A stretch of DNA of 64,000 nucleotides from Bacteroidota bacterium (GCA_039714915.1 JBDLIM010000002.1:7309-71308), one strand, 5' to 3'. Positions 9,445 to 19,068 are shown, numbered from the stretch's first letter. Made by a program: numbers and translations. The notes: generated by a model not told the origin, from the letters alone.

Positions 9445-10986
9445 TTAACGTCTTGATCCTGATGAACTGGACCTGGATGATCCTCCGGAGCTGCGACTTG
9501 ATGAACCCCCGCTTGAACGGCTCGTGGAACCACTGCTCCTGCTCGAGCCCCCGCTGCTGCGACTGTAAGAACTACTGCTCCGGCTTGGTGAGCTGCTGCG
9601 GCTGTATGAGCTGCTGCTTCGGCTCGGAGAACTGCTGGAACGGTTGTAGGAGCTACTGCGACTTGAAGAACTCGGACGGCTGTATGAGCTGCTGCTTCGG
9701 CCCGAGCTGCTTGGACGGCTGTAGGAGCTGCTGCTTCGTCTTGGAGTACTTGAGCGATTATATGTTGTGCTGGTCCGGCTTGGTGTGCTGGATCGGCTGT
9801 AACTGGAACTGCTTCGACTGGCTGGATTCTGACTTTGGGTATAAGTCCTTCTCTGGGTAGATGCATTCCGGTTATAGGCCGGGGACGAACTTGTTCTGGG
9901 TTTGTTGTAATTCGGAGTATAGGTATTCCTTGAACTGGCAGCTGTCCTTTGCTGAACATTCGCCGACCTGGTTCGTGTGGTCTTTACTGCTGCATTGCTT
10001 CGTGTAGCAGTACGCTGGGTGGTGCTGTTCTGCCTTATTGAAGCATCCTGTCTGGTAGCCCTGCTGGCAGTCTGAGTATAGGCTGCACGGCTCCTGTATC
10101 GGGGATCGTTATAGACAGATCCTTTTGATCCGCCATAAGTGGAGTTGCTGGGTGATGCATACCCGTAATAATGCCTGTTATCCAGGTGACCGTAACTATA
10201 GGATCTTCCATAGCCATAACGGTCATAGTATCCATTGTAGTAACCGTGATGGTAACCACTCCAGTATGAACCGCCATAATAAGGATTGTATCCTCCATAG
10301 TAACCATAGGAACACCAGGGATCGTAAAAGCCCCCATAGCCCCAACCTCCGTAGTAAGACGGGCGATAACCGTATCCGTATCCGGGATATCCGAAGGAAA
10401 AACCAAGTCCCCAACCCGGATAGCCCCAGTTCATACCCACACCCCAGTGCATGGCTCTGCCGGTGTACCAGTAAAGATCGGTATAATAAGGATCATAATA
10501 GTTCCATCCATAGTATTGATCAGAGAATCGCCTCAGGTTGGAAGAATAATGATAATCGTTTGGATCGCTGTAATAATTATAATTGTTTACAATAACCGGA
10601 GCCTGAGCCTGATCAGTCGCCTGGAGGCTATCATACTCCTGGTATTGCTCTACATAAAGTGCTTCACTTCCCTCCGGGGCATAGGATTCTCCAAGCATTT
10701 CTGCTTCCCTTTGCAAGCGGTATCTTTCATAATCACTCAGGTTCTCCTCATTTATAGTCTGGTATTCAGCATACACAGGTTCCTGGGTGACAGGCTGAAT
10801 AAACTCTGCCTGCTGAGGAACCACGATTGCCTCTTCGGCTGCTTTGGCCGCTGGTGCCTCCTGCCTCTGCACTTTATTCGGATTATAATATACATCATCA
10901 TACTCCGAGGCTGCTGTATTCTTGGTGGAACTACAGGATGCCAGGACTATGGCTGCGCTGATTAATGCAAGTGATAAAGTTTTCAT
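9445..10986 (-). CDS. Low-complexity lipoprotein: acidic N-terminal region, Tyr/Gly/Trp-rich core, Ser/Arg-repeat tail
   Basis: 513-aa uninterrupted ORF. It has a lipobox signal 'MKTLSLALISAAIVLASC', a core such as 'YYGGWGYGGFYDPWCSYGYYGGYNPYYGGSYWSGYHHGYYNGYYDRYGYG' and a tail of SSSYSR(S/P)SS-type repeats. A barrel gene lies 63 nt downstream on the same strand. Confidence 0.7.
   Translation of the reverse strand: MKTLSLALISAAIVLASCSSTKNTAASEYDDVYYNPNKVQRQEAPAAKAAEEAIVVPQQAEFIQPVTQEPVYAEYQTINEENLSDYERYRLQREAEMLGESYAPEGSEALYVEQYQEYDSLQATDQAQAPVIVNNYNYYSDPNDYHYSSNLRRFSDQYYGWNYYDPYYTDLYWYTGRAMHWGVGMNWGYPGWGLGFSFGYPGYGYGYRPSYYGGWGYGGFYDPWCSYGYYGGYNPYYGGSYWSGYHHGYYNGYYDRYGYGRSYSYGHLDNRHYYGYASPSNSTYGGSKGSVYNDPRYRSRAAYTQTASRATRQDASIRQNSTTQRTATRSNAAVKTTRTRSANVQQRTAASSRNTYTPNYNKPRTSSSPAYNRNASTQRRTYTQSQNPASRSSSSYSRSSTPSRTSTTYNRSSTPRRSSSSYSRPSSSGRSSSSYSRPSSSSRSSSYNRSSSSPSRSSSSYSRSSSPSRSSSSYSRSSGGSSRSSGSTSRSSGGSSSRSSGGSSRSSSSGSRR
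9448..9822 (-). repeat. Degenerate in-frame tandem repeats encoding (S)nYSR / SSPSR / SSGGSSR units
   Basis: The last 125 codons of the lipoprotein gene. The DNA shows reiterated gctgctgc/ggctgta(t/g)gagctgctgcttcgg blocks on the + strand. Confidence 0.8.
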
Positions 10987-11094
10987 GACATTTCCTCCCG
11001 GTTATTTTGCATCATTGATTTGACATAAAAGAAACAAAGTTCGTGCCAAAACAATATTTAGCATCGTGCAAGTTCTCGCAATATAACAAAATAT

Positions 11095-13101
11095 TTACCA
11101 TCCGGGATACGAATGATTCATATGATACAAAGAGTAATTATAAAGTGGGTTTCGGCTTGGAGAATAGGTATTTCCCATCCTGGGATTATCATCCTGGGTA
11201 TAGATCCATAACTGCTCCTGGCCCCAGACAAGCAATTCATCACGTGCGTCCCCGGTCAGGTCCTGCACTAAATAGTAAGACACCGGATGTCCGTCCGACG
11301 GAAAGGATACAGCCAGTTGACCCCACTTGTCAACAAGCCCGCCAGCGACGGAGTCTGCAGACATCAGCAGGAACTCTTCCCCATCCCCTTTCCAATTTAC
11401 AGGCTGACAACGGTTAATACCGGCCACCGGCAAATATTTATGGATTACACTTCCGGAAGTTTCCATTATGTGAACAAGTCCGTCACTTCCCCACATGTTG
11501 GAAGCTGCTACCTCCAATCCGGGGATCTCCAGATCGTAATCCGCAACACTTATATAACCCACATGACCCATAATGTTTTGCCGGATCAGCTTACCTGCAA
11601 AATCAAAAAAAAGCAGGCCCCAGTCTCCTGCAGCATAAACAAGACAAGGGATTTCCCTGCCTCCGTCTTCCATTTGATATGCAAGTACCCCATTGCATCT
11701 GTCACCAATGTATTCTCCTACATCGTAGAGCAGTGTTCCTTCCGGATCAAAAACCGAATATCCCATAATCACTTCATGCCGTCCATCCCCGTTCATATCA
11801 TAAAGCAGGGGCTGTGAACTACTCTGGGTATGTTGAGTCCATAAAACTTCAAATTGATCACTCAATGCCAGCAGCTTGTTTCTGCGGTCTGAAAGAAGCA
11901 TGCAATTATCTCTGCCAATACCCTGCAAATCAGCGAACATTAATGTACGAACCGACATGGCCCGGGGAAGCTTTTTCCGCTGGATTAATTCACCGTTTCT
12001 ACCATCCAGTACATATATCCTTCCCTGACTGATAAAAATGACTTCGCGGGCACCGTCCCCGTCCAGATCATGGATCTGAACGGGTAATTCTTCACCCGAT
12101 CCTGGTACCATGGATCGTGATTTCCCGTATTGCCACAACAACTCACCATCCAGATCAAGAACAGCGATGCTGCCAATGGACAAGGGGGATCTGCCCGCCT
12201 GAATAAAGGCAATTTCTTTATTGCCATCCCCGGTCAGATCTCCAAGCCTTACATTTTGATTGGATGCAAAATCCCCTATGTCAAAATTTTTCCACCTGAC
12301 CATTTTCGGATGCCCACTCAAATTCAGGTCAATCCTCCTGTTTAATTGCCTTTTCTTCCTGGCAAGTTTTCTTTGTTCTCCCTTAAGCAATTTGACTTCC
12401 ACCTTATGAAATTTTGCAGGAAGATCAGAGATCAATCCAATTTTTCCCGAGTGGATGGGCAGATCTTCAGCATACATCCGGATCGAATCATTCAGGATGG
12501 TGGAAACCTTATTTCGCCTCAGGGTAACGGTGGCATGAATCCGCTCTCCCGGAGTATACACCAGGGGCCTTATATCAAGGATCCTTTCAATTGGCCTTAA
12601 AGGAGTAACCGCCTGCTGAATATGTTTCAGGGTGACGGTGTTACCCTCGATACCAAAAAAGAAGAAATCAGCCGGATTCCGGTATTTAAATACCACCCCG
12701 CATTTATCGAACTTGGCCATGGGGGTAAACTCCACATCAATCGTACAATCACTCCACATGGAATCTCCTGCCACAATAAGCGGATGACTAATCAGGCTCA
12801 GTGGAGTATTGCTGCTGTTCAAATTAGTGAAGGTCTGAGCCAGGAAATTTTCCCCACCTGCACTTTTTACTTCCCATGCCTCACTAAATCCAGACTGTCT
12901 CAGGCTGGTAGCTACGCTCCAATCTCCAATTTTCCCTCGGTTTGGATTAAAATAGATGGCAGGATTAGCAGAACCTGAGTAAGGACTCGTTCCCGGTTCA
13001 AGCACCTGAAACCCATCTGTAAATACAGTGGTTTGCATTACATTGCCTGAACATGACCACATTAATACGAGTAAACTTATAAGAAAAAACCTCATTTTCA
13101 T
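11095..13101 (-). CDS. Lipoprotein with an N-terminal concanavalin/LamG-like domain and a C-terminal FG-GAP-like beta-propeller
   Basis: Lipobox 'LLVLMWSC'. Reiterated Ca-binding-like blades: 'DLTGDGNKEIAF', 'DLDGDGAREVIF', 'DMNGDGRHEVIMG' and 'DLTGDARDELLVW'. Confidence 0.55.
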   Translation of the reverse strand: MKMRFFLISLLVLMWSCSGNVMQTTVFTDGFQVLEPGTSPYSGSANPAIYFNPNRGKIGDWSVATSLRQSGFSEAWEVKSAGGENFLAQTFTNLNSSNTPLSLISHPLIVAGDSMWSDCTIDVEFTPMAKFDKCGVVFKYRNPADFFFFGIEGNTVTLKHIQQAVTPLRPIERILDIRPLVYTPGERIHATVTLRRNKVSTILNDSIRMYAEDLPIHSGKIGLISDLPAKFHKVEVKLLKGEQRKLARKKRQLNRRIDLNLSGHPKMVRWKNFDIGDFASNQNVRLGDLTGDGNKEIAFIQAGRSPLSIGSIAVLDLDGELLWQYGKSRSMVPGSGEELPVQIHDLDGDGAREVIFISQGRIYVLDGRNGELIQRKKLPRAMSVRTLMFADLQGIGRDNCMLLSDRRNKLLALSDQFEVLWTQHTQSSSQPLLYDMNGDGRHEVIMGYSVFDPEGTLLYDVGEYIGDRCNGVLAYQMEDGGREIPCLVYAAGDWGLLFFDFAGKLIRQNIMGHVGYISVADYDLEIPGLEVAASNMWGSDGLVHIMETSGSVIHKYLPVAGINRCQPVNWKGDGEEFLLMSADSVAGGLVDKWGQLAVSFPSDGHPVSYYLVQDLTGDARDELLVWGQEQLWIYTQDDNPRMGNTYSPSRNPLYNYSLYHMNHSYPGW

Positions 13102-13226
13102 AAGGCCTGAATAATTGTTTAAGGCTTAACTTTTTGTAAATATACACTTTAATCATAGTGACACATAATATGGCCTCTGTTTAAAAGAATCTTTAATATA
13201 TTTACAATCAGAAGGAAGAAACCGGA

Positions 13227-15344
13227 ATGCGCATATTACTAACCCTAATAGTTATGGTCCTCTGTCAATCATTGATTGCTCAGAAGCCTGTAATTCTCTC
13301 CGATTTTGTGCAGGAAGTCCACATTTCCGACCTTCAACTTCACTACCTCAGTGATCCGGGATGCAGCACCCAGCCTTCAGACCTGTTTTCCGGACAGATG
13401 GACCATCAGTTCAGAATCGTAGACTTCAGCAATCCCGATCCCGATTTAATCAATTCACGTGCCGGCAGTTGCTTCTGGTTCCGCTTCTACTTTGTGAATC
13501 GTTCCACCCGGCAGTTTTCCTTTCATCTTCAGCGGAACGACATCTCTGAATTTGACGAATACAGGTTGTACCAGTTATTTGATAACGGAATGATCACCGT
13601 CAGGAAATCTGGAAATAAACTTCATCCCAAAAATAAGGATGTGAACATCAGTGGTTCGGATGATTTGCGGATTTTCCTTCCTCCTGGTGAGGCCGACACC
13701 CTTTACCTGAGGGTATCCCTGGGAGCAGAATCAGTCATTTCGGACCTTCTTTTTACCATTTCCACGCACCAGAGCGTACTGGCCAAGGATCGATCCAAAC
13801 GAATTACATTTGGAGTTTTTGTAGGGATCATGTTAATTATGATCCTCTACCACATTCCCCTGTTTGTAAAAGGCCGCGAAACCAGTTATCTCTATTACAT
13901 TCTCTACATCCTGGCCTTCCTGTTCTTCTTTATTAACAAGGAGGGCTACATCTACGAAATCATGCCGCGCCTTACCACGGCGCCCATCTCTGTCTTCCTG
14001 CTGGAAATTTTCCTGCTTTTTTTCCTTCTCTTTGGAAGAGCTTACCTGGATACCAGGAATACGGTTCAGTCCTGGGATACCATCCTTTTGCTGGCTGTGT
14101 GGTTTACGGTGGGGGGACTCACCCTGCAGTTGGCCATAATGATACTCCAGGGTCTGGGGGTGTATGTCCCTGTATTTATTCAGCTGGGGGGGCTGGCAAT
14201 AAATATTGTTTCGGCCATTGGTTCCCTGTTCCTGGCCATTGTGCCTGCCATGATCCTCACCAGGGAGAATTATCAACCAGCCAGGTATTTTCTTTTTGCC
14301 AACCTCTTCCTGATCCTGGGCATCGCCATGAATTTTGCCCTCAAAGACTACCGGGTTGGAAAACATAGCCTGGAATTTGGCGTCACCCTTCAGATTCTTG
14401 CTTTCTCTATCGGATTGAGCGAACGCATCAATATGCTTAAAAAAAGCAAGGAAGTCGCCCAGCGCAGGATCATTGACCAGCTGAAAGAAAATGCCGCCCT
14501 GAAGGATAAGGTAAACCGCGAGTTGGAAGATAAGGTACAGGAACGTACTTTTGAGATACAGGCCCAGAAGGAACAGATTGAAAAGCAGAACAAGGAGATC
14601 AAATACAGCTTCGATTATGCGAAGAAAATCCAGAATACGGTTCTGCCCGGGAACGAGGTATTTGAGACCCTATTCGGAGAACATTTTATATTTTTCAAGC
14701 CCAGGGATATTGTGAGTGGTGATTTTTACTGGATCTCCCAGAATGGACATAAAATTGTTCTTACCGCTGCAGACTGTACCGGGCACGGGGTACCGGGATC
14801 CTTAATGAGCATGCTGGGGATCACCATGTTGCATGAAATAGTCAATGAAAAAAATATTGGACATACAGAAGATATACTGAGCCAGCTTCGAATGAGCATT
14901 GCCCGGACCCTGAAGCAGGAAGGGAAAATCGGGGAGCAGAAAGACGGTATTGACATGGCTCTGGTTATTTATGATACAAGGACCCGGAAACTGGAGTTTT
15001 CAGGAGCAAATAATCCCATCTACATAATCAGAAACGGAGAAATGCTGGAATATAAGGGCAACAACATGCCGGTGGCCTACTATGAAAAGATGTCAGACTT
15101 CACGCGGTTTACCATCGATATGAAGCAAGGTGACCGGGTGTACATGTTTACGGATGGTTTCCCGGATCAGTTTGGAGGTCCCCAGGGAAAGAAATTCAAA
15201 TACCGCCCCTTCAAGGATCTCCTGCTGGAAGTGCATGAACGGCCCATGGAGGAGCAACATAAGATCCTGAACCTGATCTTCGATGAATGGAAAGGGGATC
15301 TGAGCCAGATCGATGATGTTCTTGTGATTGGTTTGCGGCTCTAG
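13227..15344 (+). CDS. 7TM-DISM-type receptor fused to a PP2C/SpoIIE serine phosphatase domain
   Basis: Signal peptide, an extracellular domain of about 170 aa, seven hydrophobic helices, a coiled coil ('KDKVNRELEDKVQERTFEIQAQKEQIEKQNKE') and a C-terminal 'SGDFYW...LTAADCTGHGVPGSLMSM...MFTDGFPDQ'. Confidence 0.85.
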   Translation: MRILLTLIVMVLCQSLIAQKPVILSDFVQEVHISDLQLHYLSDPGCSTQPSDLFSGQMDHQFRIVDFSNPDPDLINSRAGSCFWFRFYFVNRSTRQFSFHLQRNDISEFDEYRLYQLFDNGMITVRKSGNKLHPKNKDVNISGSDDLRIFLPPGEADTLYLRVSLGAESVISDLLFTISTHQSVLAKDRSKRITFGVFVGIMLIMILYHIPLFVKGRETSYLYYILYILAFLFFFINKEGYIYEIMPRLTTAPISVFLLEIFLLFFLLFGRAYLDTRNTVQSWDTILLLAVWFTVGGLTLQLAIMILQGLGVYVPVFIQLGGLAINIVSAIGSLFLAIVPAMILTRENYQPARYFLFANLFLILGIAMNFALKDYRVGKHSLEFGVTLQILAFSIGLSERINMLKKSKEVAQRRIIDQLKENAALKDKVNRELEDKVQERTFEIQAQKEQIEKQNKEIKYSFDYAKKIQNTVLPGNEVFETLFGEHFIFFKPRDIVSGDFYWISQNGHKIVLTAADCTGHGVPGSLMSMLGITMLHEIVNEKNIGHTEDILSQLRMSIARTLKQEGKIGEQKDGIDMALVIYDTRTRKLEFSGANNPIYIIRNGEMLEYKGNNMPVAYYEKMSDFTRFTIDMKQGDRVYMFTDGFPDQFGGPQGKKFKYRPFKDLLLEVHERPMEEQHKILNLIFDEWKGDLSQIDDVLVIGLRL

Positions 15345-15437
15345 CACTTCAACACTTCCCCTTTTTTTTCTTTCTTTGTAGGGCAATTGAGGGACTCACT
15401 TTTGACTCCCTGATTCTAATCATATAATTTTAAGTGA

Positions 15438-16910
15438 ATGGCCAAAGTTTTAACCAGCAAAGAAGAAAATTATGCCCAGTGGTACAACGACCTGGTATTG
15501 AAATCAGGATTAGCCGAGAATTCGGCTGTGAGGGGATGCATGGTAATTAAACCTTATGGGTATGCCATCTGGGAAAAAATGAAAGAGGAACTGGATCGCA
15601 TGTTTAAAGCCACCGGTCATGAAAATGCCTATTTCCCCTTGTTCATCCCTAAATCCTTCTTTAGCAGGGAAGCAGAACATGTGGAGGGATTTGCCAAAGA
15701 ATGCGCAGTGGTCACACACTACCGCCTGAAAACTGATGAAAAGAATGGGGGACTTGAAGTTGATCCGGAGGCCAAACTTGAAGAAGAACTGATCGTCCGC
15801 CCCACCTCTGAAACCATCATCTGGAACACCTACAGGAACTGGGTGCAATCCTACCGGGATCTGCCCATTCTTGTGAATCAGTGGGCCAATGTGGTCAGGT
15901 GGGAAATGAGAACCAGGCTCTTCCTTCGTACAACCGAATTTTTGTGGCAGGAAGGGCACACGGCACATGCCACCCGTAAGGAAGCAGAGGAGGAAACCAT
16001 GCAGATGCTCCGAATCTACGCCGAATTTGCCGAGAATTTCCTGGGCATTCCTGTCCTGGTAGGAAACAAGACCGAGTCCGAGAAATTTGCCGGGGCTGTG
16101 GAAACCCTGACCATTGAAGCCCTGATGCAGGACGGGAAAGCGCTTCAGGCGGGCACCTCCCATTTTCTGGGTCAGAATTTTGCCAAAGCTTTTGATGTAC
16201 AATTCACCAATAGAGAAGGACAGCTGGATCACGTCTGGGCCACCTCCTGGGGAATGACCACCCGGATGATCGGTGCGCTGATAATGGCACATTCCGATAA
16301 CCACGGATTGATTCTCCCTCCCAGGGTCGCACCCATTCAGGTGGTAATCGTACCCATATACCGTGGAAATGATGAATTCCCTCCCATCGCCGAGGCCGCA
16401 AATAAAATCAAAGCCCAGCTGACTGCTCTGGGCATATCCGTAAAATTCGACGACAGGGATACCCAGAAACCCGGCTGGAAATTTGCTGAATATGAGCTTA
16501 AGGGAGTTCCCGTCAGGCTGGCCATTGGTCCCCGCGACATACAAAACGGTACCGTGGAACTGGCGCGCAGGGATACCCTGGAGAAAAAGAATATGCCACA
16601 GGAAGGGATTGCCGGCTACATCGAAACTCTTTTGGAAGAGATCCAGCAGGAGATCTATCAAAAAGCCCTGGACTTCAAAAACAAGAATACCCACCGGGTA
16701 GATACCTGGGATGAACTGGTGGACGTCCTGGACAACAAAGGGGGATTTGCACTGGCACACTGGGACGGAACCCGTGAATCGGAGGACAGGATCAAGGAAA
16801 CCAAAGCTACCATTCGTTGCCTCCCTATGGATGCAGAACAGGAAGAGGGCAAATGTGTGGTTAGTGGCTTACCCAGCAAACAAAGGGTGGTAATCGCCAA
16901 AGCATATTAG
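15438..16910 (+). CDS. proS: Prolyl-tRNA synthetase (archaeal/eukaryote-like type)
   Basis: 490 aa. '[36 protein letters not shown]', class II motifs and the C-terminal '...AKAY' that ends in the Tyr typical of this ProRS type. Confidence 0.95.
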   Translation: MAKVLTSKEENYAQWYNDLVLKSGLAENSAVRGCMVIKPYGYAIWEKMKEELDRMFKATGHENAYFPLFIPKSFFSREAEHVEGFAKECAVVTHYRLKTDEKNGGLEVDPEAKLEEELIVRPTSETIIWNTYRNWVQSYRDLPILVNQWANVVRWEMRTRLFLRTTEFLWQEGHTAHATRKEAEEETMQMLRIYAEFAENFLGIPVLVGNKTESEKFAGAVETLTIEALMQDGKALQAGTSHFLGQNFAKAFDVQFTNREGQLDHVWATSWGMTTRMIGALIMAHSDNHGLILPPRVAPIQVVIVPIYRGNDEFPPIAEAANKIKAQLTALGISVKFDDRDTQKPGWKFAEYELKGVPVRLAIGPRDIQNGTVELARRDTLEKKNMPQEGIAGYIETLLEEIQQEIYQKALDFKNKNTHRVDTWDELVDVLDNKGGFALAHWDGTRESEDRIKETKATIRCLPMDAEQEEGKCVVSGLPSKQRVVIAKAY

Positions 16911-17016
16911 AATTCCTGTTGCAACAATCCGAATCATTAAAAATATTTTGATTTGGGGTGAACCACTAGCAACTTCAGTTGTTTATTGTGCATATTAACC
17001 CTTAATCAAATAAATA

Positions 17017-17649
17017 ATGGCAGTATTAGTTGGAAAAAAAGCACCCTCATTCAGTGCAGATGCAGTAGTAAACGGCGGGGAATTCGTGGAAGGATTTTCT
17101 CTGGACCAGTATATCGGGAAAAAGTACGTTCTCTTTTTCTTTTACCCGGCCGACTTCACCTTCGTATGTCCCACCGAAATCATTTCGTTCCAGGAGAATA
17201 TCGAGGAGTTTGAAAAGCGTGATGTAGCCGTGGTAGGATGTTCGGTAGATTCGAAATTCTCTCACTGGAAGTGGCTGACCACCGAACAGAAGGATGGCGG
17301 AATCAAAGGAGTAAAATATCCCTTGGTTGCAGACAATGCCCTGACCATTGCCGAGAACTACGACGTATTAATCGGTTCCTATGAATATACCGATGAAGGC
17401 GAAGTAAGCTTCAACGGCGTCCCGGAAGCCTACCGCGGCCTTTTCCTGATCGATAAAGAAGGAGTAGTAAGGCACCAGCTTGTGAACGATAAGCCCCTGG
17501 GCAGAAGCGTGGAAGAAGCCATCCGCCTGGTGGACGCCCTTCAGTACAGCGAAGAGTACGGGGAAGTTTGCCCGGCCAACTGGCGCAAGGGAGACAAAGC
17601 CCTGAAGGAGACCCAGGACTCGGTTGCCTCGTACCTTGGCAGTCGGTAG
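17017..17649 (+). CDS. ahpC: Typical 2-Cys peroxiredoxin (AhpC/Prx1 family)
   Basis: Peroxidatic Cys in 'FFFYPADFTFVCPTEI' and resolving Cys in 'GEVCPANW'. Confidence 0.9.
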   Translation: MAVLVGKKAPSFSADAVVNGGEFVEGFSLDQYIGKKYVLFFFYPADFTFVCPTEIISFQENIEEFEKRDVAVVGCSVDSKFSHWKWLTTEQKDGGIKGVKYPLVADNALTIAENYDVLIGSYEYTDEGEVSFNGVPEAYRGLFLIDKEGVVRHQLVNDKPLGRSVEEAIRLVDALQYSEEYGEVCPANWRKGDKALKETQDSVASYLGSR

Positions 17650-17682
17650 TCGGTAGTCGACTTTCGACTTTCGACTTTCGAC
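17641..17682. repeat. Six tandem heptamers (AGTCGGT x2, AGTCGAC, TTTCGAC x3) spanning the peroxiredoxin stop codon
   Basis: Read directly: agtcggt agtcggt agtcgac tttcgac tttcgac tttcgac. The stop TAG is at 17647-17649. Confidence 0.85.
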
Positions 17683-17688
17683 TAAAAA

Positions 17689-17717
17689 ATGGAGGCAAAA
17701 TTATGCCTCCATTTTTT
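17689..17717 (+). terminator. Rho-independent terminator after the peroxiredoxin gene, potentially bidirectional
   Basis: 9-bp perfect stem ATGGAGGCA/TGCCTCCAT with loop AAATTA, then TTTTTT. An A-run lies upstream. It ends 13 nt before the tilS ATG. Confidence 0.85.
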
Positions 17718-17730
17718 GTACCTTGCTCTT

Positions 17731-19068
17731 ATGTTGGAGCAGTTTAAAAGTTACCTGGCCGAACAGGGTATTTCAAGCTTCGAAAACAGCCTCATTCTGG
17801 CTGTAAGCGGAGGCATTGATTCGGTAACTATGGCCCACCTCTTCCACATATCGGGCTACAACTGTGCCATTGCGCACTGCAACTTCCAACTTCGCGGATC
17901 CGATTCCGATGCAGATGAAGCCTTTGTGAGCTCACTGGCCGCCTACCTTGAAATGCCCTTGTTTGTAAAGAAGTTTGATGTGGAAGAGAGGGTGAAGGAA
18001 AAGGGAATATCCGTCCAGATGGCCGCCCGGGAATTGCGCTACTCCTGGTTTGAAACCCTGATCAAAGAAAACTCATATGAGTATCTGGCTACCGCTCATA
18101 ATAAGAACGACTCGGTAGAAACCTTTTTTCTCAACCTGTCCAGGGGTACCGGGATCAGGGGACTCACAGGAATCCCGGCAAGAACAGGCTATATATTGAG
18201 ACCCCTCCAATTTGCTTCCAGGCAGGACATTCTTGCTTTCAGTAAACAGCACAGAATTGACTTTCGTGAAGATGCCAGCAACCTGGAAACCAAATACCGC
18301 AGAAATAAAATCCGGCATGATATAATTCCGGTGATGGAACAGGTCAATCCCGGCTTTATTGAAACCATGTGGGATAACATGAATCGCCTGGCTGAAATCC
18401 ATGACATATTCCTTTATGCAGTGGAGCAGGCAAGAAAGACCATATTCCATAAAGATCAGGGGCATACCAGCATTGAAATCAAGAAGCTTAAATCACTCTC
18501 CCCTCTCAGAACATGGCTTTATGAGCTATTTTCTCCATATGGATTTACCCGGTCCCAGTGTGAGGGGATTAAAAAGATCCTGGATGCTGAATCCGGCCGG
18601 CGATCCATCTCCACTTCTCACATGCTGTTTAAGGACCGGGATAAACTCATTCTGGTGGAATCGGGACAAAGGAAATTTGACAGGTATTACCTGGATAGCC
18701 CCGAGAAGCGCTCCTCCCTTCCCTTTCCCATGGACATTGAAGTCCTGAACCGATCTGAATTGCAAGAGATCCCAAGTGATCCGGATATTGCCTGCCTGGA
18801 TTTCGATGAGATCCAGTTCCCCCTGACCATCCGTCACTGGCAGCACGGGGATTACTTCTTTCCACTGGGCATGAACCAGATTAAGAAGCTAAGCGATTTT
18901 TTCGTGGACAATAAGATCCCGGTTCCCGAAAAACAGCAAACCTGGATCATGGCATCAGGCAAGAAAATTGTATGGATCATGGGCCACCGGATCGATCACC
19001 GGTTCAGGATCACCGAAAAAACCTCCCGGGTTCTCAAGTTATGTTTTCAGTCCAATGTTATTCCTTAG
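17731..19068 (+). CDS. tilS: tRNA(Ile)-lysidine synthase
   Basis: PP-loop 'LAVSGGIDSVTM' and 'ATAHNKNDSVETFFLNLSRGTG'. The start was moved to ATG 17731 because the longer ORF (17689) runs through the terminator hairpin. Confidence 0.9.
   Translation: MLEQFKSYLAEQGISSFENSLILAVSGGIDSVTMAHLFHISGYNCAIAHCNFQLRGSDSDADEAFVSSLAAYLEMPLFVKKFDVEERVKEKGISVQMAARELRYSWFETLIKENSYEYLATAHNKNDSVETFFLNLSRGTGIRGLTGIPARTGYILRPLQFASRQDILAFSKQHRIDFREDASNLETKYRRNKIRHDIIPVMEQVNPGFIETMWDNMNRLAEIHDIFLYAVEQARKTIFHKDQGHTSIEIKKLKSLSPLRTWLYELFSPYGFTRSQCEGIKKILDAESGRRSISTSHMLFKDRDKLILVESGQRKFDRYYLDSPEKRSSLPFPMDIEVLNRSELQEIPSDPDIACLDFDEIQFPLTIRHWQHGDYFFPLGMNQIKKLSDFFVDNKIPVPEKQQTWIMASGKKIVWIMGHRIDHRFRITEKTSRVLKLCFQSNVIP

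Noticed and set aside
9420-10965. Alternative-frame ORFs over the low-complexity gene (9420-9959, 9453-9860, 10125-10595, 10447-10965)
   Set aside because: Repetitive codon structure keeps several frames open. Only the 513-aa minus-strand frame has a proper lipoprotein signal peptide and spans the whole region.
15375-15410. Imperfect hairpin AGGGACTCA-CTTT-TGACTCCCT upstream of proS
   Set aside because: It has one central mismatch and no flanking U-tract on either strand. No T-box or other known leader features are visible.
15510-16760. 416-aa ORF antisense to proS
   Set aside because: It lies entirely within, and opposite to, a confidently identified aminoacyl-tRNA synthetase gene. Its sequence is low-information and Gly/Pro/Phe-rich. 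A long stop-free antisense frame is a common by-product of the sense-strand codon pattern.
17689-17730. Longest-ORF start codons for tilS (17689), pheA (24458), the phosphoesterase (36099), the porin (30256), the secreted protein (56742) and the GH78-like gene (61469)
   Set aside because: The extensions run through terminator hairpins, overlap upstream genes or precede an obvious signal peptide or conserved N-terminus. Internal ATGs give family-typical N-termini.
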